Shown here: positions 26,401 through 41,400 of the stretch, piece after piece
How positions within the stretch are numbered: position 1 is the stretch's first letter
How the letters are laid out: each line of letters starts with the position of its first letter
Source: Amoebophrya sp. A120
Taxonomy: Eukaryota > Protista > Dinoflagellata
NCBI GenBank assembly: GCA_905178155.1
Contig: CAJINV010000001.1
Coordinates: forward strand, 7,410,612-7,474,611
Direction of reading: 5' to 3'
Length of the DNA stretch: 64,000 nucleotides
The notes under the pieces: model-generated
The model's database searches: none
The model's input: only the letters and a program-made list of their open reading frames with translations
Told to the model about the DNA's origin: nothing
Position numbers and translations under genes: made by a program

Positions 26401-29400
26401 ATCTTGGACCAGACCGAAAAGGGCTTGGCCACCAAATAGGCCGGCACTCCGCGGTCATAGTGGCGTTGCACGACCTTTCGCCTAGCCGCGTTCGCCAGGG
26501 GCGACGCAGAAGTCGTTCCTTGCTTTTTCCTATCAAATGTAAAAGTGTCTGGGTCTGGAAGAATGCAACTTGTCATGCTAGATCTGAACCTTCGCTACCT
26601 GCCATACTCTAAAGGAGTTTTTTTCTGGCTTGAGGACCCCCTCCCACCCCCCCGATCTCGGATGTGCGTGAGCCCATAAAAGTCGTGAGACTTGGACATG
26701 CAAACTTGCGTGGGTGCTGCAGAGTCGCATGAAAAACAAAAAACTCTGAGCGGGCTGCACCACACATGCACGACCGAACGAGTAGGAAGTAATCGACAAG
26801 AGGCTGGAGCTAGAGGTGTGCGGCACCTCAGGTAACTTGCATTGGCGACAAGAAGATGAAATAATTTTGTTTTTTTGAATTGTCAGACATTTGCGTATTA
26901 CGGTACAAAACAGGTCAGCACTACCTCGATTGCGGTGCTTGCAAAGCGAAGCGGTAGCTGTAAGATGGATTTTTTGTTTGTCATCATGGAGCTCTAGTAT
27001 GTCCACATGAGTGTCGCCGGATCTTAGGGCCCATCTATGCACCCGCCTGGTGGAGCACGCTGTGTGCTAGGAACGGGGCCGGGCATAAAAAGCGGGGTGC
27101 GGCCCCTTGAATTACGTGGACTTTTTTCATGTATGCAGCCAAAAACGTCGTGTGTATTGCGCGGGGTGAGTGGATGGAGTCCTTGGGTGCGGCCCGCTGG
27201 AAACCACCACAACACCCACCTTGGCGCTGGTAAACAGAAACTGGGCGCTTCCGGGTGCGGCCCTTCAGCAGGTAAATATGGCGGCTGCCTTCAAGAGTAG
27301 TAAAATGTAGGAGCTAAAAGCCAAGAAGTATCTGTCAAAAACCCACCCAGCTCAGCCCGTTGGCAAGACGGAAAAAAAAACATCTGCCCCTGCAACCAAC
27401 AAATGCGGGATCCGCCACCTAGCGCTACAAAGATTCCAGAAGTAAGCAAGACGACACGAGAGAAATAAAAGGGTAGAGACCTAGATCTACGTGGGAACAC
27501 GTGGGAACGCGGGGGGAGCAGGGGGAGCGGGGACTTCCGCTACCGACAGCATCGGCAGCGAGGCCTAACGCCCCTCTGGGTGTGAGAAACGAGGGAGGCA
27601 CCTATAGACAGTCAAAAGACCATCCAGGATTGAGGAAGTGAGATTGGTACAATAAAATGTGACCAGGAGCGACTTGTTAGGAACACTCCAACAACCTCTA
27701 CCTACCACTGCCCTCGATTTCACTAAAGAGAAAGCCGAAGCTGACTCACCCCGAGTACGCTTCCCGAAGTCAGCTCATCCGCCCGTTTCCAAGAGCTGAC
27801 AACGAGGCAATGTCCTGAGGGGCCGTTGCGAACCTCCCCAATCCTGAACGTCATGTGGTTTCAGCTCTTAGAAACCGGCTGACGAACGAAAACGCACATC
27901 TCTGTACCCAGTGGCAAGTACAAGAGAGGCAGGGACATAGGGAGCACCGAACCGCACATCCAACTCGACCCTAGGTAACCCAGAGATCCTAGTCCCGGGA
28001 ATCTTGGGGACCACGCAACAGACGAGCGGCAAAACAAGGAAGGAAGCCACCACCAGCCAAGCAGCACGAGAGCGACAGCGAGGGGGTCTTGGCCGAAGCC
28101 GCTGACCCGGGAGCACCTCGCATGAAGCTCACACACCACAAGTCCCGGAGCAAGCTCCGATGGCGCCACCAACCCGTCTACTCACCCGAACGTGCAGGGG
28201 GCGACGACGCCGACCAAGCGAGAGCCTCACACAACGGGAATTTCCCGCAAGGCCTAATCGTCGACCTCGCTCACTGAGATGGAGGCGAGAACGGTCTCGG
28301 TAGGTAATCCAAAATGCGACCAGAACCAACCAACCGGACGCGGGAAGCGGCGACGACACACGCACTACGACGGGCCCAACAGACACCTACCAGACTGACC
28401 TCCTCTATTTGGGAGTCCGCGCCAACTCTATTTGGTGGCGGTCGGGTCAGGGCTCAATTTGGCTCATCTGACTCAGTCTGGGGCGCGCTGTAGAAGGCAA
28501 GGCGCACATGCTAGATCTGAATTGAATTGAATTGAATTGAAGTAGCGACGCCCCCTGACGTGCCTCGGTAGCCGATCGCTCTCTGAAGCATGTAAAAATC
28601 TGTGTTGCATGATTACCAAAAGTCGTCCAGTTTTGACCAAATCGGGAGCGAGTTTCTCATGCAGGATAGGCATGAGAGGGATCGCGCAGAATCTGTCATG
28701 CGAGGTCCTGCGTTCCAGACCTCACGGGTCATGGAAAAGCTGCATGACAAATCGCGCATTCTTCCAGACCCAGACATTTTTGCATTTGATATTTCCACGA
28801 CTTCGATCCAACCATTTCCGCACTGAGCTGGGCGCCTCTGCGCTGCGACGCTGTGTAGTCCTGCACCGTTTTGGAGAACTCTAGCGCAAACTGCCACTGA
28901 CGCCCGTCGTTCGTCTGTGTCAGTTGGTATATTTGCTCGACCAAAATGCGGACGAGAGAAAGCAGAAAGCCGGTGCCTATAGTCCGCAGGTACTGCGCGC
29001 TATACGCCAGCCTCCAGGCAACACGGCGCTCCTCCGACCCGTCAACGGTAGTGGGAAGCAGAATCGATTTCAGGGAACCCGGAACCCCCTCGGGCGCTCC
29101 GACCGAAAGCACCCGCGCGACGTCGTGTAATTCAGAAAAAGTTTTCAGAGTGGTCTGGGCCTGGGGGACACTCGTTTGTTCTGCGTGGTCTCCACCACCA
29201 ATCACCCCAACGGGGTACTTGGGGACGATACCGCCTCGGCGTCGTAGTTCTTCATTCCCCTCCTGCTTTTTTGGTTCATATACGTGAGTCTTCACTACTT
29301 CCAGGAGATCCTCGGTCAAAACAAGTCCCGAGTTTCTCTGTACCACCGTGGGGTTTGCGTGTGCTTTGGCCCTTTCGTGGATGCAGTGGACAACCTATCC

Positions 29401-32400
29401 TCTGGAAGAGCCTTTCCCCCCTAGTTGTACGCTCAAGATTATTTCGATGCAACTTTGCGACAACTTCCGTGGGGAAGAATTTGGATGTAAAATCTTCCAC
29501 CCCCTACTTTGAGGCGTGCAAAAACTACTTCCCAGCGTGAGTTGCGGGAGTCGTAGACAGCCTAGTAAAACGTGGCCAAGATACTTCGGAAAATCGGTCG
29601 CATCGCGTCACCATATGTTTTTTTCGTCGTCGCAAATGCAGCACGGCCGCAATGCGGCATACTTCATCCCAGAAGTCAAAGAATAGATTGAAGAATGAAG
29701 TAGACCTTTTACATGCCGAGAGCCGAATTTCCGGCCACTACTTACAAGAATCGTCACACTTGCCGGTGCGTCAAGCACGCTGGCATACCCGACAAGCAAG
29801 AACATATCTTGGTGCGCACTTGAAAATAAGAATAGACACTGACAAATTACTTTCGCTATCTAGGGATCGGACAGCGTTCTCACAGAGGATATGATTGCTA
29901 AAGCGTGAGATTCCAGCCACTCATCTGCCATTCTCTCTCCGTATGCCCCGATGTTCATAAGCAGCGGGTCGGTCAGCAGTGCGGGACTCGTCAAAATCAA
30001 CTCCTGCTTGTAGCGATCTGGACGGCTGTCTCGGAAGGCGCGGTCATGCTTATAATCATGCATCCCGATGTAATCAGAAATATCAAATGTAAAAATGTCT
30101 GGGTCTGGAAGAATCCGAACTTGTGATGCTGCATTTGGAACCCTGATGCTGCATTTGGATTCTAAAAAAATCTGTAATGCATGAGTAGCAAAGGGAATGC
30201 AATTTTTGCTACGCGGATAGGGCATTTGTCATGCGCAATAGGCATCAAGAACCCCTCGAAAAAGCTGTGAAGCTACGGCATGCATCACAGACATCATGGC
30301 TCATGCAAAACGTGCATGAATCTTCCAGACCCAGATATTTTTGCATTTGATAAGAAACGGCGTACACCTTTATTCCCATGTCCTTTATAATTCCGGCACT
30401 CCACCAGTACCGGGCAGATAGACTGTCTGGCCAGGCTGCACCCGTTTCCGGGATCTCAAGCCGAATGTCATGGGTGTCGTTGGGACCTCCTCCGGGGCGT
30501 TCCCAATGCCACCGCTCATTCCATCGCGGCGTGCGAATGGCAGTCACGTGCTTCTCGTTCACGAGCACGTACGCTCCCCGTAGCAAGCCGTGATGAGGGC
30601 TACTCCACATCACGGGTGAGTGCCCGTCCATCATGTACAGCATTGCGTCCACTCTGACCTTGTAATGAAGCACTTTGCTCCTGCACGTCCTCGCATGACC
30701 TTCCACGGGATGATCTCGAAAGGTGCCGCCACCCGCTCCTGAAAACCGGCGATCGCGCGGAGCACGTTCGCACGAAGCTGCGATGTGGTCAAACGAGTCT
30801 TCGGTGCTGCCCTTTCCTTCTACATCGCAAAACCCGTCATCTTCTGCTTCTGGCGCAGCGTCGACGCACTCGTAGTGTGCCCCCACCACGGTGCCTACAA
30901 AATCGCTATCGGATTCCTTAAAAACTGATAGTGCGTTCCGCAGCTTGAAGGACGGTACGACGCCGCTATTCCGTGAAAATTAACCATCCCCATCCTTTTT
31001 GTGATGCAAAACATGGAGTTGGGTCCGCTTTTGTCACGCATGAGTACTCGACTGCACCACATTAAAAACCTTCCCACCGTCGCCGCAAGCAGCTACGGAC
31101 GCAGGAGATCGAGGGCCAGAACCGCGAAAAACATTGCGAGTATATCTACTTCATCCCCGGACGCTTTTATATCATTTTGTCCATCCCCGGTCGGCTTTTC
31201 TCATGCAAGAAGTGGACCTGCTCCCCTGCAAGAAATAGCAACTTACGCCACGACATCACCCACTCCGAAGAGCAACAAAACGGTCGAAGAACAACCCCTG
31301 ATTCCGAATCGGCGTCGCTCATGCAAAACGTCGATGGGGATGGTTACTTAATTTCCAGGGCATAACCGTAGACAGGGTGTGACTCCCACTCCAACTGCGA
31401 GGCTGCCGGCACCCTCTGCCCCTGGGCGGCGTGCGCGCTGCTCCCTCGCGTCGCGTCTATTCAGATGAAAAATGCCCCAAGCCCAGAACTTGGCAGCATT
31501 TGCATTCCGCAAACCTTTCCAATGGAAACATTCCCCGTCCTCCATATATCAGCATCACAAGTTTTCGATGCTGAATAGCTCAAATCTGTGTTGCAAAGGA
31601 ACCCAACCGTAGCCGGATCTGTTATGCAAAAGATACCGTGCAAAGATAGATTCTGCATCAGAAAGGCAAAGGCTTTCATTTGAAAACTTTGCATGAGAAA
31701 CACTTGTAAGTTCCGGGGTGGGAGCATTTTTCATTGTAATAGCGTCGTGCTGGTCTTCCTCCACCGCCGCTTCCGTGCGCGCAGCGGGAGATGAGGACGA
31801 CGCGGCTGCTGGCGATCCTCCACTTCTACTTGCCCCACCATCGTGACTCATGGGATAGACTTCAGGCAGAGCAGCAGCAGCAGCCGCGGGCGTCGAAGGC
31901 CATTGGCGAAAGTTGATCCGCGCAGGGACGTGCACACGCACCAGCGTCCTGTGAAACTGCATGCCCGGTATGTACTCGACGTCCAGTGTCCACAAGAAAA
32001 AGCAGGCAGGGCATACTTTTGGATGCGAAAAATAACGAAGCGCGAGCCGATAGCGTGCTGCTTCGGATATGCGCTTTACAGATTACACTTTTCCTGTGTA
32101 CTTATGATTTCATATGTTGGCAGCTAAGTAGGCCCTGCCTGCTTTTTTCTGTGGGATATCAAGGCCGCCACGGAGCACCCAGTCCGGTAGGGAATCCAGA
32201 AAAACGTCCCCCAGATGGGCCGCCCACCCCCGCTCCGCACTATTGGGGTGCATGAGATCGGTTTCCAATGGAACTCGTAACACGGCGTCGAGATGCAGGG
32301 CAAGTAGCCGGCAACCCACTGTAATGCGCGGGTGATTATAAAAGGGCGAGGACTTGTCGACACGGCGTATGGTCCCGTCCATTGTCAGCAGCACTCCAAG

Positions 32401-35400
32401 ATTTCGCTGCACCTTCCCCTGTGCGACGAAGGCCACGCGTTCCAACCGAGGCCGCAGAATGGGGAGAGTTGTCTCGTAGTCTTTCAATTCAGCGCCTCGC
32501 AAAACTTCTGCGGGCTCACGATCCAGGTTTCCACGCTCCGAAGCATCATACCCGCATAGTCGTGCGTCGCCCTGGAATCCAGGATCTGTAGGTTTACGTT
32601 ATGACATATAAAAATAGTAAACAGATGATCGAAACAAGAGAAAAAGCTGCCTGCAGACACACGTGGTGCAGTGACGCTTGTATTGTTCTTGTTCGGGGAA
32701 ATTATAGTAAATTGATGTGAAGCAGTATGCTTGAAAAGAGATAACGATCATTGCCAAACGGTACTGTTCCTCAGACTCCGAAGGTCGTCTATCAGGTCCG
32801 AACCACCAGCGAATCGGGCCAGTAGGCGCTCGGGCACTGCCATCAGTGCCTCCACCACGTGATGATCATGCTCAAGCGCTCGGGTGGGATGCGTAGCGGC
32901 TACCTCGTCTCCGTCTTCGGGCTCTTTGTCTACTGCCTCTGAGGGGGCCCTGCCCTTGCTGCGCCTACTTGCTCTGCGTCCTGCTTTCTCCCAAGCAGCT
33001 GCTGTTACCGGTGCAGGGGCCGCCTCCGGAACCGTCGGTGCAACCGCGACGTCGTTCCGTCTCCCCTCCGCCTGCTGCACGCCAGGCAAAAGATCCAGTT
33101 TGTGGTTGTGGGCAGCGTGAAGCAGCCACTGGCCTTGTCAAGTTGAAAACAGCTACCAACGCAGCTTTCTTTTAAAAAAATTAGTTGAACTTGATGCTGC
33201 AAAGAACCCGATCAAAAAGCCTCTGGTCTATATCTATTCTCTCGCTGGCGCATAATGTATAGAAGTGCGCAGCCAATACAAGAATCAAAGTGCAAATGGA
33301 CGCCTCGTGAATTACTACCGTTTCAGCTCGCTCCCGAGCTGCAGTCTCTTTGGAAATGGAGCAAGAAGAAAACTACAGCTAAGCACCTGCGATATCGGAC
33401 TTCCTTTCCAGCCTATCCGTATGGCGGGGTTGGGAGTTTTCAACTGGATAGGCGAGCCAACTTCACATGCGCCACTTCCAGGTCGTCGCCTGAAAGCAAA
33501 CTCGCATGGATCCAAAACCGGTCCACCGGATCGGCGTGCGCTGTTGGCGACGAACCACCTGGCGGGGGCACCCAATTCAGAAATTCGGCGTCCACCTCGA
33601 GAAATGGCCCCGCCTTGTATAGCTGTCGCACATGGTAACGCAACGACATGGCCACCCCCAGGTGGCTCCCCTCTCGTCCCGGAGTCGTGTGCATCTGTTT
33701 TGCCGAGGTTTCCACCGCTCGCTCCACTTCCTCCTGTGGCACAGCACGAAGCACCCCCCCGAGCAACGGTAGGGAGGGACCCAGCGGCCCCCACTCAATA
33801 GTCACGGGGACAAGATTCGACTCGGCCGCCTCGCGAAAGCCGTGCTCGCCTTCGAATTCACCCAGGGTCAACGGCGCGAAGAACCCTGGAGCATCCAGAA
33901 CTGCCTCCGGACCAGCAGCAGCAGGCTCCTCGTCCCCATGCGGAACCGACCGGAATACCCCCAGAAAGAATCCGTCAGGCAAGATGGGGTCGGCACCTTC
34001 GTGGTCTGCATCATCGTGCAGCACCCGCGGGAACAGATTTGCGAGGCGTACCTCGCTTCGCCGCAAGTCCAAAAAGCTCCTTTCGGGATGCACATTCCCG
34101 TCGTACTGCTGTCGCAACTCGTGATCCAGATAGACAGAATTCGCCTTGTCCTCCGGCCACCAGAGCCGGCCTCCAATCCACTCGGACCCTGGACTAGACA
34201 CCGACGACGGAAAACTTAATTCCGGCCTCGGATACGGCCACTGCATGATCTTGTCGTGCACAATTTCGAAGAGTTGTCCTGGTTGAGGCCGAGAACTCGC
34301 TCGCACCTGGGCAGCTGGAAGGTGGTGCAGGCTTTGTTCCCTCACTGCGTTGAAGTACTCATACCAGGCCCTCGGCAAGTGCTGCCACTCTTCACGAGGC
34401 AGAAATAACTGTTCCACCGCGAGTTCGATGCCAGTGCGTTCGCCGAGGCCAGTTTGTTCACCGTACAGAGGCTCTCGTGGTCCCGTCCTGGACATAGTGG
34501 CTTCGATTTCAGACAACGCATCCGAGATCTCATTGTAGAGAAATACAAACTCACTAGCCTGATTTCCTTTAACAAGCAAAAGGGAGCACTTCGAGGTCAT
34601 CAGAAAACCGTCGCTCTCCGGTAAATTGGCCACCGCGAGGTTTGCGTGGCTCAAGTAGCTGCTAGCTTTGCGCACGATGTTCGAGAAGTTCGAGTTATGC
34701 CATGCGGTAAACTTCAACAACAGCCGGGCCTTGAGTTTGGACAGCGCCGGCTCCACTTGCTTGGGGTTCTTTCGCGCGCTGCGTCGTGCCGTGGCCAGGT
34801 GCTGGCGCTCTTGCGCCTGGCGCTCTTGCTCCTGATACTGTTCCTGTCGGAACAGAGAACTGTAGACGGGGCCGGAGACCATGGCGGAAAGCATTCCCGG
34901 CACTCCGTGTTGCCTGTGCACGCGCACGAGGTCGGCATAGTTGACCTCTCGATCCGGGTGGAAGTGGAGCTCCCTAGTATCCGAGAAATTCGCTTCGACC
35001 CGGGCCTTCAGCTCTGCGAGGATGCGCTGCCGCTCGGACTCGTTCGCGATTTTGTCACGCAGAGCCAAGAGGGTAGCACTAGTCTTGCCCTCATCGTCGT
35101 TGGCGAAGAGCTCAAACACCAAAAAGTGGACCCAGTGACGCAGCGACGCGAGCGCTTCCCGGGTTCGCTGCGTGAGTGCCAGAAACGAGTTCCGGACCCG
35201 CAGCCGCCCTTCGTCGTCGGCAAATGCGACACCCTGCTGCACGTGCTCCAGAAAAGCTGCCACACGGTCTTGCCACGGACGAAGCACAATCTTCTGGAGG
35301 CGGGGAAAAACCGGCGCCAGCAGTTCCTTGGCAGCGAGCATCATATTATTTCGCTGCGTTTGCTCTCGAGGAAAAAGTTCGTCGAAGGCATCGGTCCAAC

Positions 35401-38400
35401 GCTTCTGGTATTGGTTGTCATTTTTAGCGTCCCAGACCCAGTCATCGACACGCGTGAGCACCGTGAGTAGGTACACTTCACGCATCACGAGCCCAAAGAG
35501 CCCCTTCAATGCCACGTACCAGTTAACAGCAGTGTGGCTTTTGTCTTTCGTCTTCAACTGAATTGCGTGTCCGTAGGGGAAAAGTGTGTGATCCACCCAC
35601 TCCAGCTCTGCGTTGCGCGCCGCGAGCTCCGCTTTTCCGACAGCGCGAAGGGCACGGAACTGCTTTTCCAGCGCTTCGGTGCCCGGTTCGCGCGGCTGCA
35701 GCAGGGCCCGCTGCGCCAGCCCGTCCCTGCTATCCGCACCTTCATAGCATCTCGCGTGGCTGTATGTGTAATAAACACTCGCAGATCTGGTTGTACCATG
35801 GGACGATACCGTCTCTTGCTTATGGCGCTCCAACAAAGTGCTTCTGGAGGTCGGCTGCTCCGCAGACGGTCTCCACACGCTCCAATAGGCGGTTTGCTTT
35901 TTGCCACCATTCTTCTTTCTGTTGGGCGTTGTCCAACTTCGCCCGCATGACCAGGCCCACCGCACTGGAGAACCGGGGCGCAGCACCACCGGAAGCGTTT
36001 CCCACACCTCCCGCAGGTACTGCAGCATTTTCTCTCGGGAGAAGACGTTGATAAGGTGATCCTGGATGTTCTGCTGCTGCGCCAGTGAGTGCCCGGGCTG
36101 CTGCTTAAAGAGCGCACGCCACATGTCTTGGAAGAAGCGGACGTGAACCTGCGGCTCCGTTGCGGGCTCGCTTTCGGTGTGCGCGTAAATGTCCAACCGG
36201 ACCTGGCGGTGGTCGATGTCCACGACGGGGACAGGTTCCAGTGGCCGCCTGCCTATTTGATTTCGCACGAAGTTCAACCGCTCCGCGTGATTGGTCTCGG
36301 CCTCGGTGCGCCGCGAAGCCTCCAGGTCCTCCAGTAGTCGCTCCATGCGCCGCAGCTGCACCCCCAGAAAGCAGACCGCCAGCAAAAAGTCGCCCCGTTC
36401 CATCTGCTGCGTCTTCCGGAGCCAGTCGCGCCCCGCCGCGTGCAGCTCGTATAAGGAGGCCCGCACCACCAGGATCAGATTGTCAAGTGGGTGCGACGCG
36501 TGGTCCGACGTGTGTTGCACGTTCCCGGGTACCTGCCAGCGCATCTCCGTCGCACGGGCTGCCGCGCGACCCGCCGGTAGTTGCTGCAGCTCCTGGAGCG
36601 AGTTCACCGGGTCTTTGGTTTCAAGGAGCGCCTCGATATCGTTAGGAAGCAGGGCCAAGTTCTTCTCAGCTGCGCCGACGACATCTTTATATGCGTGCGG
36701 GTACCGCTCGGCATCGGTTAAGGCCATAACCGCACTGCCCAGCTCCGCCGACACGGAGTGAGTGAGGACGAGCGCGGCCGCACGCACGTAGGGAACGCAG
36801 GGGCCCTCGCGCAGAAACGCATACTCCTGCGAAAAAGGCTCGAGAGTTTTGCGCCCCCGCGGGTCGGTCGCTGCCGACTCTGCTGGCCTGACCGCACTAG
36901 TCGCCGCTGCCTCGGTTGTCAGGGTAGAGAGGAAGGTTAAGATCGGCTCCCGTCCCGCTGGCGCAGTCTGCAGCAGTGCCACCACGTGGCCCGTCCGCGC
37001 CGCTAACGTCTCCTGCAAAGCGCGCACGAAGCCGGCGAGCCGCTCCTCGGACGCGAGTGGGGGCGTGCGCCCCGCTGCGGTGGAAGCCCCGGCCCGGCTG
37101 AGCAGGTATTCGAGCACCTGTGTCAACCGCCTTCCTTCCTGTGCACGCGCTTCCGCTTCTTTCACCCAATGACTATCCGTTTTGGAAAGCCCCCGCAGTT
37201 GCTCTTGAATCTTCTCTTTCTGGTCCTTGTACATAGGCAGTACTGCAATGTCTTCGGGACGGAGGGGACCTAATCAAGTGCAAATACATGAAATACCCCC
37301 GCGCGCAACGTCTCACGAACGCGGCACAAGACCATCAAACTTCAACATGCAAAAAGCCCCCTCTAAGCACGTATTACACTAGAAAAACTCCGTCGTGCTG
37401 CTTCCAGCAATCAAGTCTCTAGTAGCATCACATAGCGAATAAAGGCACGAAGGCGAATTATCGGTATGCGCGAGCGGCAGCTCAACTTCTGGTTTGATAG
37501 ATCCGTCACGTCCGAAGTGCCAGAAAGCAGTGTCTTGACGATCTGCACGACCATTTGCGCTGATGCCGGGTTGCTGTGCTGGTCCTCGGCCCCCCGGCGC
37601 TTTTTGCGGCCAGAGGCGTCTGATCTGGGTGCGCCCGCGGCGTGGTAGTACTTCCGCAGAGGGTTCACAACGTCTTGCTCCAACCGCAGCTCTCGCCTAC
37701 GCGCCCAGTCAACCGTCTTTTGGTTTATTCGCAAGTTGTGTTCAGAGCCCTGCACCTTCTCCGTCCAGCGATTGTCGTCCACGCGACCCCCGAACACGTC
37801 CTCGGTAAAGAGACCCGAGAAATGCTCCAGCAGCATCTTCTCGTAGCAGGAGTCGTAAATGGCCAAATTGTTGCCCCACTTGCGCTCTGCCGGCACGAGC
37901 TCTCTTACCTCCGAGGGTGCCCCCGTGTTTTTGGTTCCCTGCATTGTGCCCTCCCAGAGCTTCGGCGCTGGACCTCCCGAAGCGCCAAAACTGTACTCAA
38001 ACTTCTTCATGTTGTCATTCATCGCGAGCAGCCCTCGATATGCCGCGGGCCCCAGCGATTTGTCGATTCCGCGCATCGAGGCCCAGGACGGCATCACTGC
38101 GGGGCACTGGTTGCATTGCTCGGAGCCGGCCGTGGTTCCCCGGCGCAGCAATGCTTGTTTCAACACTCGGACTTGTTTCATCACGAACGGCGGCAGATCA
38201 AACCCAGCCGAGATCGTGGACTGCGCGGTCAACGTGGGGAAATAGACCTCCTCCGATTCTGTGGGCGTGCGAATGCGCTGTTCGTGCCTCGAAGTGCCGT
38301 TCTCGTCGTCGAGACCCCCCAGCTCGAACTGCCTCTCCTGCATCTGGACTGAATTTACGAGCGCGCGCCGGCCCAGCGTGAGCCCCAGGTCCACGACCTT

Positions 38401-41400
38401 AATGGGGATTTCCAGCCCGCTTTTGTCCCCTGGAGCGCCGGAGCTCAGGTCCGCGTGCTTCGCACTCCACACCGCCCCCAACGAACTTCCTTGCCGAATC
38501 AACCCCGCGGACGGACTTTCCCCCGCCTTCATTGCGCGGTCAAAGACGCTCCTATCAACTCTCAAGCGCTACACTCTCAGCTTTTTTTACATGAATTTGC
38601 GACGCAACAATAGCGCAAGCGAAACGAGGAAGCTCCTGCTCGGGAGTCCCCCCTTACAGATTCGGTACATAAATATTTCGCTGTTTAGCGCTTGAAGTAG
38701 AATTCGTCATGCCAAGTGGCTTGATCGTGTGAAGTCTGATAGGTCTTCTCCGTGAGAAAAATCACACAACAGCTAACAATGTAACGTTTGAGACTTCCAT
38801 ACCTGCGCTTCAAAGCGTTTACCTCCGCCTGGTCCTCTTCGTAGCGGGTGCTGTGGAAGTGTTTCTGCTTGTGGTTGAGGTCCGTCTCCAGCTCACCCCG
38901 GTAATAGCGGTGCTTGGAAAAGTGCGCAATCCACTCGTTCATGCGACGCTGTACCCGTAGCGTGTCGGCCGCAGAAGGGTACTTCGACACCAATTGCTCG
39001 AATAAGCTTTCCCGCATATCTACTTCGAAGTTTCCCTCGGTCGCGTGATCTTATCCAGCTTTGCAAAAATTATACAGCGCGTTGTGGGTTAAGAAGAAAA
39101 ATGAAAATCTCCGTCACGATGAACTTGTCCGATTTTGTTCGCAAAGGCAGACGATCAAAACGCGGATAGAGCTCATCTTGTCCAGCACAGCCGAGCATTG
39201 CATCAAGAAATTATGGTCTAGCTATCTCATAGTGAAAATGGAGTTCGTTATGACATGCAGCCTCATAGTTGTTCCTTACATTGGCAATTTTTCTCCCAAC
39301 CCCCGAGCTCCAACGCGCCGTGATTTCTATGCCTAGAAGTTGCACAAAAACGACGTTTCCGTCGTTGGTGCCATGCGGGACGCTGTGACGCTCGTACCTG
39401 ATGCTGGCATCCACTTCTGGACGATATCGGACGCCCCAGGGCATGCGGGAAATCGCAGGCACGCGGCTGTCCGCGGATGTGATCTTTTGTTTTTGATACA
39501 TCACTATCAAATGCAAATATGTCTGGATCCCCTTGAAAAATAAAGCTGTCACGCTAAAAATACGTCGTGATGAATGACGAAGTTGTGACTTCTAGAGTAC
39601 TCAGCCAAGCATAACAGGTTTTTGGACAATCCTGTGGTGGACGAGAAACTAACAGTGTTTTTGCCTGACAAAAAAGAAAAACCCGAGCTCTTGCGCAACA
39701 TGTGTTGGAGAGTATCTACGTATGGGAGTTCGGCATTACAAATGTTGCAGTCACGACAACCGGCCAAGACATATTTGCAGTTCATAATCACGTGCGAGGG
39801 CAGTTCCGAAGGTACGAACGGCTGCAGCTGGAACTCGTCGCCGACCAAAATCAGCCGACCTTTGAGCCTATGGATTGCAAATATGTCTGGGCCTGGAAGG
39901 ATGCAGCTTGTCATGCGAAGTCTCGACTACAAGAAAATCTGTGCTGCACTACCGCAAAAAGTTGCCCGCCACTTCTCGTTAGGCAAAAGGCGGTCTTCTC
40001 ATGCGAAAGAGGCGCGCGGCAAGTTTCGCGAAATCTGTGATCCTGCTGTGTGCATTCCAGACCGTGCGCGCGGTCCGCAAGATGCCTGGAAAATACTAAC
40101 CTTGCACTCTTCCAAACGAACCTAGACATGTACATATTTGCCTTTGATAAATCCGCCAATCAGCGAGGAACGCTTTCCGCAACTGTGCTTTGCGCTCTTT
40201 CTCCGTCAGCGCTTCCTCTAGGGGCAGTGTCGCTCGAGCGGACGCGCTCGCGGAGCCGCCTCTTAACTTCCCCAGAGCAGGGTCTGCGCCGCCGTCAAGC
40301 TCGTGATGCGCTCCCAAAATGGCGTCGAAAAGGGTCGGGTCCCGAAAGTGGTTGTTTTCGGTGTCCAGCAGGCTGATGGGCCGCAGCGCCGCGTTCGTGC
40401 CGATGCGAGAGCTCTCCTCCAGGATGACCACGGGAAATTGCCTGTTCGTGAGAGTGGTCGCTCCCGCGCACGTCGACAGGTACACGTCGGCCCCATCGAT
40501 CACAAAGTCCTTCAAATAGTTCTCGGCCATTTTTGCGATCCGGCCGCGATGGGTACTCCTGGCGCCGGGCAGCCTTCTTGCTTCCGACTTCCGCCCGCCT
40601 CCCGCGCCGTCGCCGTGCAGAATGCCGCCCGCCCGGAGAAGCGCGGTGATCGAAAACTCCGTGTCGCGGAGATATTCCATGAGCGCCTCCCCGTTCGGGT
40701 GATCCCGTTGGATCAGAATCGGGTGCTTAAAGTTCGCAGCGTCGGCGCCCTTGGTCGGTAGGAAGGTGACGCTCTGCTCCTGCTTGCCGGCCCCGTAAAA
40801 AAGCGTTTTCCGGAGCCGGTGGAGCGCCAGCTCGCCCCAGTCCAGCAGAAAGCGGTTGGTGACCGCCGCGTCTCCTGCTCCCCCGCCCGAGGTGCCGTCG
40901 TCCTCGGCGAGGGCTGCCGCCCGTACCTCGTCCTTGGCCAGTTCGTGCTTGAACTTCGTCCGCATTAAGTCGATCGTGTGGCCCTGCAGCTGGTGCCCAC
41001 TCTTGCCGTACTGTAGGTCCGCCTTGCCTGCGAACCCGTGCCGCAAAACGTTCAAGCCTTCGTGCAGGAGCTGTGTGCCCACGTGGTTCACAGCGTCGTT
41101 CGTTTCCGAGACGACGAGCATGGGGACCCGCCACGGCTGAAACAGGTCCGATAAGAGTAGCACGCTTTTCAGTAGTTCCGCTTTCAGGGCAGCCTCTTCC
41201 TGCTGCGACACCTCCTGGCCGTACAGAGTCCGGAGATCATTCTTCACCTGCTCGGTTGCCATCGGAACCCTTACCGCTATGCAGGTAAAAAAATGACTTT
41301 TCAAATGAGGTAAAAACGCCAGCTTGCATCACATTCACACCGCAGCTATGTTTCTACAAAAATAATGGCTGACAGGCCAAGTTGCGGGAACTCATCTTCT

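Larger units (their letters stand above)
26531..28791. mobile_element. Introner family A, DR TTTCC, expanded to 2,261 bp by nested insertions
   Basis: Family-A TIRs at both ends with a perfect DR. Removal gives SKSWK|KQGTTS in frame. Confidence 0.9.

Noticed and set aside
28451-28468. TTTGGCTCA resembling the dinoflagellate spliced leader
   Set aside because: Only ~9 bp match, which is expected by chance.
23450-37200. Intein as the explanation for the huge helicase insertion
   Set aside because: No recognisable Cys/Ser...His-Asn splice motifs or homing endonuclease motifs were seen at plausible boundaries.
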